Positions 46,975 to 56,235 of a stretch of DNA of 64,000 nucleotides are shown one piece after another. The position numbers and the translations under genes are program-made. The stretch is taken from assembly GCA_038816475.1 (NCBI GenBank), contig JAWBAI010000005.1, positions 1 to 64,000 on the forward strand. The letters run 5' to 3'. Each line of letters begins with the position of its first letter. Position 1 is the first letter of the stretch. The notes under the pieces were generated by a model. It was not told the DNA's origin. It saw nothing but the letters and a program-made list of their open reading frames with translations, and did not search any database. Source of the stretch: Desulfurococcaceae archaeon (GTDB lineage Archaea; Thermoproteota; Thermoprotei_A; Sulfolobales; Desulfurococcaceae).

Positions 46975-47649
46975 TTAACTCTGGCATTTTCTAACACTCT
47001 CCACTTGTTTTTCGAACACTTCTCTTGCTTTCTCTCCGGGTTTAGGAGACCTGGTTATGTACCTACCGATGATTTCGTAATCTGCTCCAGCACAGAGAGC
47101 ACTACCTACCTCAGCCCCTTGTACACCGATACCTGGTGAGTATATGCGTAGATTGTTTCCAGCGATTTGCCTTGCTCTCCTGATTAAGCCTGGCTTGTTC
47201 GCGGGAACGACGACTCCGTGAACTCCTAGATCTAGCGATAGATTAACCAGCTCCTCGAAGTGCTTATCTATGAACTCCTCTGAGCCTCTGTGACTCATGG
47301 AAGCAACAAGAATAACGTCAAGCTTGTACCTGCTGGCTGCTTCCACCAGCTTATCAATGGAGTCTCTTAAACCGATAAACCCATGAGCGATCACAGCGTC
47401 CGCTCTGTACCTTGAAATCTTCTCGGCAACGTTTACCAGGATGTCTCCGATATCAGCTAGTTTGAAATCAACTATTACTCTTCCTTTACAGGTGCTTTTG
47501 ATCTCACTTACTACTTTTAAACCTTGTTCGAGAACAAGTGGTAATCCAACCTTGTATCCGTACGCTACTTCACACGTTTCCTCAACAATGTCGTATACCG
47601 AGTACTCTCCACTGGGTCCAAAGGGCGGGTCTAGTGCAACTACGAGCAC
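46975..47649 (-). CDS. pyrF: Orotidine 5'-phosphate decarboxylase
   Basis: VALD, KVG, DFKLADI, MSH, SPGIGVQG and IIGR motifs. Confidence 0.96.
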   Translation of the reverse strand: MLVVALDPPFGPSGEYSVYDIVEETCEVAYGYKVGLPLVLEQGLKVVSEIKSTCKGRVIVDFKLADIGDILVNVAEKISRYRADAVIAHGFIGLRDSIDKLVEAASRYKLDVILVASMSHRGSEEFIDKHFEELVNLSLDLGVHGVVVPANKPGLIRRARQIAGNNLRIYSPGIGVQGAEVGSALCAGADYEIIGRYITRSPKPGEKAREVFEKQVESVRKCQS

Positions 47650-47753
47650 AAGCCCTTTACAGCATATGATGTGGAGAGGAATATAAAGCCTGTTTCAGAT
47701 GACTTGACCATCGCTGAGCTTGCGTGTTTTGTGTTACCAGTATTGAAAGCTGG

Positions 47754-48164
47754 TTAATCGGTTACCTCAATGATTACCTCAACGGGTTCGTCATTCTCAA
47801 GCATCCAGGCTTTGTGTTCTCCAGAGGTACTGCTCACGATTAACCATACAAGAGAACCACTGTTCCTCATACCTTTAACGTCCTCGAGGCTTGGGTAGGG
47901 TGGAGCAGGGTGACTGTGAGCTAGGAGAACCACCTGTTCGCCTCTTTCCTCGGCTTCCCTGTAAACTCTGTAAACACAGAGAGGATCAGCCGTGAACCTT
48001 AACGTGGGTTTATCGGATACGTTCGGGCACTCGATAACACTGTTTACGGTTACTCTGTCACCCCTTAGGTAGCCTACCCCTAGGAAAACCCTTTCGTAGG
48101 TTGCTCCTTTGCAGGAGCTGATGATGTAGTCGAGAACTCTTCGTGGAATAACCAGTTTAACCAT
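47754..48164 (-). CDS. JAMM/MPN+ metalloprotease
   Basis: E...HSHP...PSLED JAMM motif. Confidence 0.9.
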   Translation of the reverse strand: MVKLVIPRRVLDYIISSCKGATYERVFLGVGYLRGDRVTVNSVIECPNVSDKPTLRFTADPLCVYRVYREAEERGEQVVLLAHSHPAPPYPSLEDVKGMRNSGSLVWLIVSSTSGEHKAWMLENDEPVEVIIEVTD

Positions 48165-48235
48165 GTGCTTGCACCATGGAATGCTTACTTTGTCTACTAA
48201 GCTTTATAGGGATTAACATGGTACATTAAACCTGG

Positions 48236-49087
48236 TTGAAGGTGTACATGAAGTCGGTTTTAAACACTGTAGTAAATCAACTTGAAAACCTAATCAGAGT
48301 TCTCGAGGAGAAGAACTACCCAGATTACTGCAGAAGAGAAGTTGCTAGGTTGAAGACGAAGCTGGAGAACGCGCAAGCACCGTTGATTCCTTCGCGAGTA
48401 ATATGGGATAAGTACATTGCCTTGATGTCGGCGATAGAAGAGGCTATTGCAACAGCGAGTAGAGAAGTTGATAAGCTCGTGGTTTGCTCAATCATTAATG
48501 GTGTCAAGGAGTACAGCGAAGGATTCTACAGTGCTCTCCGAAGAAGCTACTACATTGAGAGGATTCAAATAGCATTACCCGTTATAATAGCATTCTCAGC
48601 ATTTGCGTATAGAGTTTTAAACGAGATTTCTCCTGAAAACTTGTACTTGCTTGCAACATCACTAGTTTCCCTCGTACTGGTGTTTGCAAAGCCAATTGTA
48701 GGCTTAGCACTTCTCGGCCTTCTAGGGGTTCTAGTGCTGTACACGGCAACTACTCCAGTTGACTCAATGTTAGGTGCCCTACTCTTGTTTGCCAGTGTAT
48801 CGTACACCTATGTACTTTATACCACGAGATCAGCTGGGTTTGAGAAGAAGCTTAGAGAAGTATCGGAGAGTATTCGTAATATAATAGTGCAAGGAATGAA
48901 GCCCAGAGGCTTAGACGTAGATGAAGCATTGTCTCAGGCGATAGAGAAGTACAGAGTTCCAAGCAACGGTATCTTCAAGTTCATTGATAAAACCGAGGTT
49001 TTAAGATACAAGGCTGTTTTAATGAAAATGGCTGTGCACAACCTTAGTATTATAAAGGGAGTTGAAACTAGGAGTAATGGGATGTGA
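48236..49087 (+). CDS. Hypothetical membrane protein
   Basis: Soluble helical termini flanking about four TM segments. Confidence 0.75.
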   Translation: MKVYMKSVLNTVVNQLENLIRVLEEKNYPDYCRREVARLKTKLENAQAPLIPSRVIWDKYIALMSAIEEAIATASREVDKLVVCSIINGVKEYSEGFYSALRRSYYIERIQIALPVIIAFSAFAYRVLNEISPENLYLLATSLVSLVLVFAKPIVGLALLGLLGVLVLYTATTPVDSMLGALLLFASVSYTYVLYTTRSAGFEKKLREVSESIRNIIVQGMKPRGLDVDEALSQAIEKYRVPSNGIFKFIDKTEVLRYKAVLMKMAVHNLSIIKGVETRSNGM

Positions 49088-49572
49088 ACATGGGTGGCTT
49101 AAAGAAAACCAAAGTTGCTACAACTCAAACTGGTGGTGAAAAGGGTAAAGAAATAAGAATAGTCACAAAGCATGTGGTTACCGTTAGCGATGTAGAGAAG
49201 AACCCAAGGCTAGTTAAACTACTGTACGTTCTATCAATACCAAGGGATGGCATCAGTGAAAAGGGGTTAACGTACGTTCTTTACTATATGAGCGAGAAGA
49301 ACAAGAGCATAGGTTACACGTTCACCACGGTGAGTGGAACGCCGGTGAGCAGAGATCTAATGAACGATCTAACGCTACTCAAGTACACCGGCTTAGTTGA
49401 AGTAGATGAGTCAAAGAAGCTCAGAGTTACAGGCATGGGTAAAGAGCTCCTCGACAAGGTCTCCCAGAAGATGCTCAGCGACTTCGAGGAGCTAAGGAAG
49501 CTTTTCGAGGAAAACTGGCCTAAGGTTTTACCAATAGATGTAGAAGTCTCGTTGAAGTCGAGGAAACGCTAG
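49084..49572 (+). CDS. Hypothetical winged-helix protein (YwgA/DUF4065-like pattern)
   Basis: KLLY...GYTF...PVSRDLMNDLTLL..TGLV...RVTGMG pattern. Confidence 0.6.
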   Translation: MNMGGLKKTKVATTQTGGEKGKEIRIVTKHVVTVSDVEKNPRLVKLLYVLSIPRDGISEKGLTYVLYYMSEKNKSIGYTFTTVSGTPVSRDLMNDLTLLKYTGLVEVDESKKLRVTGMGKELLDKVSQKMLSDFEELRKLFEENWPKVLPIDVEVSLKSRKR

Positions 49573-49976
49573 ATAACTGGTGTTGGTGGCTGTCTTTTCT
49601 GCTCTTTCTCCTCTCTTACGAGTCTAATGGTGAACAGTGGGTTTATCATGTTGTTTTCTTCTAGTTTCCTTAGGTACTCGGAGAACTTGGAGGTATGCTC
49701 TACGTCCAGGTCTATCAGCAGGTAGAATATTTGTCTTAGTTTCTCCCAGAGATCAACGAGCATTTCTCTGGGCATGTGCGTTGTTATCAAGGGGTCCTTT
49801 AGCCAGTTGTCGAACGCTTCAATGGTTCTCTCCATGTGCTGGAATGCTAGTCTTGAGAGTGTTATTAGTGTAAGTCTATCTGCTTCTCTGTAGGCTTCCT
49901 CAGCCTTCATGAACAAGCTTTTCACTTCCAGCTGTTTTTTAACCCATGATTCCAGGTTTTCGTAGAATCCGGTCAT
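49569..49976 (-). CDS. DUF2153 family protein
   Basis: ADRLTLI...AFQHMERTIEAFDNWLKDP...HMPREML...LDVEHTS, typical of this archaeal family. Confidence 0.8.
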   Translation of the reverse strand: MTGFYENLESWVKKQLEVKSLFMKAEEAYREADRLTLITLSRLAFQHMERTIEAFDNWLKDPLITTHMPREMLVDLWEKLRQIFYLLIDLDVEHTSKFSEYLRKLEENNMINPLFTIRLVREEKEQKRQPPTPVI

Positions 49977-50168
49977 TTAGATATGCACCCTTGAGTCTTT
50001 AAGCTAAAATCTACTTTATACTTTTCGGTAACTCTACTTTATGCTTTTCGGTTCCATAGTACTAGAGGTGCTTTTTAAACAGTTCAGCGGATTTGCTTTA
50101 AAGCTGATAAACTGAAAAGTATAGTCTAGACATGGATTTAGACTTCGTTGCATTAGAGCACTAGTGCA

Positions 50169-50897
50169 GTGTTCTTCATGAAGACCAGTGATAAGGTTCT
50201 TATAGGTGTAGATGAAGCTGGTCGTGGTCCATTGATTGGTGACATGGTTATAGTTGCAGTAGCTATTCCTCAATACATGGAGAATACTCTTTTGAACGAG
50301 GGTGTAAGAGATAGCAAAACCCTGAATCCAGAGAAAAGGAGGAGACTTTCCTATTTCCTCCTGGGGAGCGATCTCTTGTCTGTTGCAGTATACGTTCCAC
50401 CGTGGAGAATAGATGAATCTAATCTGAACGATGTTGAAGCTAGGTACATTGGTAAAGCACTAGGAATGCTATCAAGAGTTCTCAACAAGCTACAACCGAG
50501 CGAAGTACATGTATACGTGGATGAAGTCAAAGGTCGTAGTGAAATGATAAAGAAACATGTTGCCAGCATGTTCAGAGCGTGTGAAAGGCTCAACGTGAGA
50601 GTAGAACCAGATGCGGACGCAAAGTACACAGCTGTATCAGTAGCCAGCATACTGGCAAAGGTGTTTAGAGACTCCTCGTTGACTCCTCTACGCAGAATCT
50701 TCGGGGATTTTGGTTCAGGGTATGCTTCGGACAGTAGAACCATAAGCTGGGTATCCAGTTACTACGCTAGCCGCAGAGAACCTCCTGTTTTCATAAGGAG
50801 AACCTGGAGAACTCTCAGGAATATAGCTCCGGACTGGTACACTAGCAAGAGGAGAACAAGTGGATACAGAACTCTACTGGATTACGTTAAGAGGTGA
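50169..50897 (+). CDS. rnhB: Ribonuclease HII
   Basis: GVDEAGRGP, DSK, ASILAK and GSGY motifs; C-terminal RTLLDY PIP-like motif. Confidence 0.95.
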   Translation: MFFMKTSDKVLIGVDEAGRGPLIGDMVIVAVAIPQYMENTLLNEGVRDSKTLNPEKRRRLSYFLLGSDLLSVAVYVPPWRIDESNLNDVEARYIGKALGMLSRVLNKLQPSEVHVYVDEVKGRSEMIKKHVASMFRACERLNVRVEPDADAKYTAVSVASILAKVFRDSSLTPLRRIFGDFGSGYASDSRTISWVSSYYASRREPPVFIRRTWRTLRNIAPDWYTSKRRTSGYRTLLDYVKR

Positions 50898-50904
50898 ACA
50901 ATCT

Positions 50905-52068
50905 ATGCCAACGAACCTACCAGCTGAAGCCAAAGCAAAGTGGATCAAGGTGATGGAAGCTCGAACAACAGAGGAGAAGATCAGAGCATTAGAGGAGTTC
51001 CTATCAAGTGTACCCAAGCACAAGGGTACAGAGAGACTGAGAGAGTGGGCAACAAAAAGGCTTGCTCAGCTCCGCGAGGAGCTAGAGGAGAAGAGGAGGA
51101 AGAGAACAGGGGGTAGATCTCTGTACTTCGTTGAGAAGGAGGGTGATGCACAGATAGTGGTCATAGGGTTACCGAACAGTGGAAAAAGCACGCTTGTACA
51201 CAGGCTTACAGGTGCTAAAACAGTAATCGCGGATTACCCCTTCTCAACAACGTACCCTGTTCCAGGTATGCTTAAGTACAACGACGTGTACTTTCAGCTA
51301 GTTGATACAATGCCACTGTACCCAGGATCAGCGCTCTCAAGTAAAACCATTGGCTTGATCAGAAACGCAGACGGTGTAGTTGTAGTGCTGGACGCGACGC
51401 AGGACCCGGTTAAACAGCTTGAAACGATCTTGAACATACTGAGAGAAGAGGGAGTTCACCTCGCGAAACCCAAGGGTAGAGTACAGATAGACATTGTGAG
51501 AGCAGGTAAAACCGGAATTAGAGTAACTGTACTTGGAAAACTTATAGATGCCACAGTCGACGATGTAAGAAAACTGCTGGAGAGCTACAGAGTGTACAAT
51601 GCACACGTTAAGTTGTACGGCGAGGTAACCATAGACGATGTAGAGCTAGCACTGTTCGAAGCTACGATGTACAAGCCGGCACTAGTCTTCGTAAACAAAT
51701 CGGATGCAGCTAAGCCAAGTGAGCCCGTGATCGAGGACTTAAAAAAGCTTCTTCCCGGCTCACACATTGTAATCGGTTCAGCGCTAAAAGGCATTGAAAT
51801 AGATTGTATTGGAAGAGCCATATACGATATGCTAGAGATCATTAGAGTTTACACGAAAGCACCCAATGCTCCACCAGCTAGGAAACCACTAGTACTAAAA
51901 CGTGGTGCAACAGTGCGAGATGTAGCTGTAAACGTGCACAGCGAGTTCCTGGAGAACTTTCTCTACGCAAGAGTATGGGGTCGCTCCGTGAACTACCCCG
52001 GTGAGAAAGTTGGATTGGATCACGTGCTTGAGGATGGTGATGTGGTTGAAATACACGTTCGTGGTTAA
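50905..52068 (+). CDS. DRG/OBG-family GTPase with TGS domain
   Basis: MPTNLP start, PKHKGTE, GLPNSGKS, YPFST and NKSD motifs; TGS domain ending LEDGDVVEI. Confidence 0.93.
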   Translation: MPTNLPAEAKAKWIKVMEARTTEEKIRALEEFLSSVPKHKGTERLREWATKRLAQLREELEEKRRKRTGGRSLYFVEKEGDAQIVVIGLPNSGKSTLVHRLTGAKTVIADYPFSTTYPVPGMLKYNDVYFQLVDTMPLYPGSALSSKTIGLIRNADGVVVVLDATQDPVKQLETILNILREEGVHLAKPKGRVQIDIVRAGKTGIRVTVLGKLIDATVDDVRKLLESYRVYNAHVKLYGEVTIDDVELALFEATMYKPALVFVNKSDAAKPSEPVIEDLKKLLPGSHIVIGSALKGIEIDCIGRAIYDMLEIIRVYTKAPNAPPARKPLVLKRGATVRDVAVNVHSEFLENFLYARVWGRSVNYPGEKVGLDHVLEDGDVVEIHVRG

Positions 52069-52439
52069 CACGTGTACAACTCCACACCCGCTACTGTAAG
52101 AAACCTGGTTACAGGATCCAGGGAGCTTTTCTCATCGCATAAGTATACTCTTGATGGCTTCACCAACGTGAAAACTCTGAGAGCAGTTTCTTCGGGGTTT
52201 CTACCAGCGTAAACGATTACCTTCTCCACTAGAAGCTCTCTCAGTAGACCCATGGATGCTAGTACTCTCATTGTTGATCTGTCAACGACTAACCAAACGT
52301 TCTCGCGTCCAAGCGTGTTCAGAATCTCGCTGAGAAACCTCAAGCCCCTCGGTGTACTGGTCGAGAGTACAACTAGCAACTGTTCGTTTCTTCGACTGCT
52401 CCTCAATAGGTTCACCCAACTCTTATAAACCATTAGCAA
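52065..52439 (-). CDS. Hypothetical protein
   Basis: 124-aa ORF filling the gap between convergent and divergent neighbours. Confidence 0.6.
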   Translation of the reverse strand: MLMVYKSWVNLLRSSRRNEQLLVVLSTSTPRGLRFLSEILNTLGRENVWLVVDRSTMRVLASMGLLRELLVEKVIVYAGRNPEETALRVFTLVKPSRVYLCDEKSSLDPVTRFLTVAGVELYTC

Positions 52440-52491
52440 AATATATCTACAACGAGAGCACTGTGCTTAGTGGTTTAAAGGTGCAAACATT

Positions 52492-52872
52492 TTGAGCACT
52501 GCAGAACTGGCATCGTACCTTGAATCCCTTGGCTACAGGGTTCATCAACTTGAGGATAAGAAACTGGTAATTGTTCACCCCTCGCTTCCTCTTCAACTCT
52601 ACATCGAGTTCAAGGAACCACTGGTTTACATAGGGATAAGGTTTGATAGAGACGAGCTTGCGGATGTGCTTAGGGATATTCACGAATCGGGTGAAAGCAT
52701 CGAGGAGGTTGTCGAGGAAGCTTTAAGCTACCTTAGCGTGGCATCTCTGAGAGCGCGTAAATGGCTCGAAGATAAGGGATATACGCCAGTTTTCAGACTC
52801 AGGGATAGTAGTGTTGAGGTGTACGAGTTGCTCGAGGATCTCCGGGAAGAGCTTGAGTTGGAGGAGGAGTAG
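52492..52872 (+). CDS. Hypothetical acidic protein
   Basis: 126-aa ORF abutting the next gene; RBS-like AGGTG upstream. Confidence 0.7.
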   Translation: MSTAELASYLESLGYRVHQLEDKKLVIVHPSLPLQLYIEFKEPLVYIGIRFDRDELADVLRDIHESGESIEEVVEEALSYLSVASLRARKWLEDKGYTPVFRLRDSSVEVYELLEDLREELELEEE

Positions 52873-54243
52873 ATGACTCAGAGACAGAGGCTCTTTGGAA
52901 CAGATGGTGTACGAGGAGTTGTTGGAGTAGATTTGAACCCAGTATTCATCTCTAGGCTAGCATCAGCGATTGCCTTCTTCTTTGGAGAAGGCTCACGGAT
53001 CCTAGTTGGAAGAGATACTCGCGCAGGCGGAGAAGCTGTTCAAGCCATAGTTACCGGTACTCTTCAGCTATCAGGTATAAAAGTCTACGATGCTGGTGTA
53101 GTACCAACACCCGCGCTACAGTACGCTGTGAAAACACAGGGTTTCGACGGCGGAATTGTGATCACGGCAAGCCACAACCCACCGGAGTACAACGGAATAA
53201 AGGTGATTGGACCAACGGGGATAGAAATAGACAGAGATGAAGAGAGAGTAGTTGAGGAGTACTTCTGGGAGGAGAAGTACAAACCCGTGGACTGGAGAGC
53301 TGTTCAAAACGTTGAGAAGTACCCTTGCGTAAACGACATCTACGTTAAGGCTGTTGTTGAGCTTGTTGACAGAGAATCCATAGCTTCAAAAGGCTTCAAA
53401 GTTCTCGTAGACCCGGCGAACGGTCCAGGCGCTTTGACAACACCTAGGATTCTTAGAATGCTCGGTGCTAAGCCATTGGTGATCAACGGTGATCTCAGCC
53501 CTGTACCAGCTAGACTACCAGAGCCAACTCCTGAAACTCTATCCAAGGCAGCATATGAAACAGTAGCAACTGGGTGCGATCTAGGCGTTGGACACGATGG
53601 TGATGCTGATAGAGCAATATTCATAGATGAAGCTGGCCGTGTTCACTGGGGAGATAGATCAGCCGTGTTGCTCATAAAGCACCTATGGGTTAACCGAGGT
53701 GAGAGAGGCCGAGTATACACAGGGGTTTCCTCGAGCATCGTTGTCGAAGAAGTTCTCAGACCTCTCGGTGTAGAAGTTGTTTGGCTTAAGGTTGGGAGCG
53801 TGGATATAGCACACGCTATGAGGAGAAGTGGTGACGCTCTCTGCGGGTTCGAGGAGAACGGAGGCTTCTTCTACGTTAAGCACCAGTACGTTAGAGACGG
53901 AGGAATGACTACAGCGCTCTTCCTCGAGTTCATGGCTAAGGAGAGGAGAAAAGCATCAGAGCTGTTCGATGAGCTACCGAGGTACATTACTGTGAAAACC
54001 AAGTACACTATGAGCCGTGATAAAGCACTCATGGTGGTTGAAAAAGTAAAAGAGCTCTTCAAGCACGAGCGACTTGTAACAGTGGATGGTGTTAAGGTAA
54101 TATCGAGTGACTACTGGTTACTGGTGAGACCAAGTGGTACAGAGCCTCTTCTCAGAATTATGCTTGAAGCTAAAACAGAGGATAAGGTCAAGGAGCTACT
54201 CGAATCAGTGGACTCTGTTATAAAGGAGGTGATTAAGCATTGA
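52873..54243 (+). CDS. Phosphoglucomutase/phosphomannomutase/phosphoglucosamine mutase family
   Basis: FGTDGVRG, TASHNP, DGDADR, GFEENG and RPSGTEP motifs. Confidence 0.95.
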   Translation: MTQRQRLFGTDGVRGVVGVDLNPVFISRLASAIAFFFGEGSRILVGRDTRAGGEAVQAIVTGTLQLSGIKVYDAGVVPTPALQYAVKTQGFDGGIVITASHNPPEYNGIKVIGPTGIEIDRDEERVVEEYFWEEKYKPVDWRAVQNVEKYPCVNDIYVKAVVELVDRESIASKGFKVLVDPANGPGALTTPRILRMLGAKPLVINGDLSPVPARLPEPTPETLSKAAYETVATGCDLGVGHDGDADRAIFIDEAGRVHWGDRSAVLLIKHLWVNRGERGRVYTGVSSSIVVEEVLRPLGVEVVWLKVGSVDIAHAMRRSGDALCGFEENGGFFYVKHQYVRDGGMTTALFLEFMAKERRKASELFDELPRYITVKTKYTMSRDKALMVVEKVKELFKHERLVTVDGVKVISSDYWLLVRPSGTEPLLRIMLEAKTEDKVKELLESVDSVIKEVIKH

Positions 54244-54647
54244 TGAGGTACTGGGGTTTAGATGTTCTCAAGTGTGTTAACTGCAAAAGGTTTCCACTAG
54301 AAATGTACGTTATCGAGGAAGAGCGTCAAAACGTAGATACAAGTGGAATCGAGAAACCTCTATGCAAAGAGTTCTGCGGTTTCCTGAAAGCGAAGATTGA
54401 ACCCGGTTCTGAGTACCCCTGCGATGAGTGCTTGAGAATAGGCATTAAAACAGCTGTACTGTACTGTCCTGACTGCAAGCACTGGTACCCGGTTAGAGAT
54501 GGAATAGTAATAATGCTAACGGACAACAAGAGGAAGCGAGAAAGGGATCTCGATTTCCTCAGGAAGTACGTGGACAAAATACCAGAGCATATAGTAAGAG
54601 AAGGAAAACCATTCAACTTAACCTCAGATGAACCTCGAGAAGCTTAA
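54240..54647 (+). CDS. Trm112-family methyltransferase activator
   Basis: LDVLKCVNCK..PL and LYCPDCKHWYPVRDGIVIML motifs, with an extra Cys-rich insert. Confidence 0.85.
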   Translation: MMRYWGLDVLKCVNCKRFPLEMYVIEEERQNVDTSGIEKPLCKEFCGFLKAKIEPGSEYPCDECLRIGIKTAVLYCPDCKHWYPVRDGIVIMLTDNKRKRERDLDFLRKYVDKIPEHIVREGKPFNLTSDEPREA

Positions 54648-54772
54648 TAGTATAAGATTCTATTAACGAGAAAGCTCTGGGATTCGCATCTTCCAAAGTG
54701 TTTATCTTATTGAAGTAAAGGCCAAAAAGTTAGGTTTATAAACTTGAGCAACAAAGATCTTGATCGTACAAG

Positions 54773-56173
54773 GTGAAGAATATGTCTATTCCCTCAAAGA
54801 TCCTGGTACCAGCACTAGCAATTCTAATAGTTCTTGCAGCTGTTGGTGGATATCTCGCTGGATACTACACTGGTAGACCTCCTGCTGTTGTTGAGTACAA
54901 ACCACCGGAGAAGATCAAGGCTGCTTGGATATACGTGGGTCCTGTGGGTGACATGGGTTGGTCATACATGCACGATATTGGTAGAAGATTCGTAGCAGAG
55001 CTCTTCAAAGACTGGCTTGAAACAACCTACGTAGAGGCTGTTCCCGAGCCCAGGTTGCTAGAGGTCATAGATGACCTTGTTGCAAAGGGCTATAACGTGA
55101 TATTCACAACATCATTCGAGTTCATGGATAAGACGATTGAGGCTGGTAAGAAGTACTCCAACGTAATGTTCTTCCACTGCTCTGGCTACAAGAGGTATAG
55201 AAACGTGGGAACTTACTTTGCGGACTTATACCAGGTTTACTACTTGAACGGACTGATGGCTGGTGCTTTAACGAGGACGGGTCAAATAGGATACGTAGCA
55301 GCGTTCCTAATACCTGAAGTCGTAAGGCATATCAACGCTTTTGCACTAGGAGCAAAGGAGATCGGTGAACAACTAGGAAAGAACATAACAGTTCACGTAA
55401 TTGAGATTGGAGCGTGGTATGCACCTGAAAAAGCAAGAGAAGCTGCTGAAACTCTTCGCAGGCTTTACAACGTAGATGTCATAGCTTTCACAGAGGATAG
55501 CACAGCTATAGTGGAATGGGCTGAAGCCAACGGGGTATACGTGTTCAGCCACTACGGTCCAATGCTGGAGTATGGACCTAGGTACATTGTTAGCGGTCAG
55601 CTAGTTAGGTGGGAGGTTATATACGCGGATATCCTCATCAAGGTCAAGACTGGTGTTCTAAGACCAGACAACTTGGAGAACGTAGACTACTGGTACCTCC
55701 TAAGTAGTGGAGCAGTTGAAATGGCAGCAGGTATTGATAGGAACGGTAGACCAATCTACATTAATCCAGTATATGAAGATGTGTTCAAGAACATCAGAGT
55801 CAAAGATAAGCTAACGGGTGAGGAAATAACCCTCTACGACTTAATATGGAGAAGATACTGGCAAATGAGAGGTGCATTCATGGTACTACCATTGCAGTTC
55901 TCAGCTCTTACTCACATGTACGAGCACATAACTCATATAACCTTAGAATGGGGTGGAAAAATAGGTAGATTACCATACCCAATAGCCGCGGAGTTCGACC
56001 CGTTCACTGGTCCGCTTAGAGGGTACTGCCTATACGATGCAGCTGCATCGTTCTCAAAGGAGTGCAAAGCTCTGGGTAAAGGAGGAATAGTAACCATACC
56101 AACAGGTGTTCGATTAACTCACGAAGACCTCTGGAACATGGACTGGTTCTTGGACTTCGTCATCAAGCGTTAG
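54773..56173 (+). CDS. BMP-family (nucleoside) ABC transporter substrate-binding protein
   Basis: N-terminal anchor; YVGPVGDMGWSYMHD, IFTTSF and IPEVVRHINAFALG motifs. Confidence 0.92.
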   Translation: MKNMSIPSKILVPALAILIVLAAVGGYLAGYYTGRPPAVVEYKPPEKIKAAWIYVGPVGDMGWSYMHDIGRRFVAELFKDWLETTYVEAVPEPRLLEVIDDLVAKGYNVIFTTSFEFMDKTIEAGKKYSNVMFFHCSGYKRYRNVGTYFADLYQVYYLNGLMAGALTRTGQIGYVAAFLIPEVVRHINAFALGAKEIGEQLGKNITVHVIEIGAWYAPEKAREAAETLRRLYNVDVIAFTEDSTAIVEWAEANGVYVFSHYGPMLEYGPRYIVSGQLVRWEVIYADILIKVKTGVLRPDNLENVDYWYLLSSGAVEMAAGIDRNGRPIYINPVYEDVFKNIRVKDKLTGEEITLYDLIWRRYWQMRGAFMVLPLQFSALTHMYEHITHITLEWGGKIGRLPYPIAAEFDPFTGPLRGYCLYDAAASFSKECKALGKGGIVTIPTGVRLTHEDLWNMDWFLDFVIKR

Positions 56174-56179
56174 GTCACC

Positions 56180-56191
56180 TATTTTTTTCTT
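56180..56191 (+). terminator. Oligo-T tract after the BMP gene (archaeal terminator-like)
   Basis: TATTTTTTTCTT immediately downstream of the stop codon. Confidence 0.45.
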
Positions 56192-56235
56192 GAAGACTTA
56201 ACCTTCATTTTTTGCTTAAATCATCGTGAAAGGGG

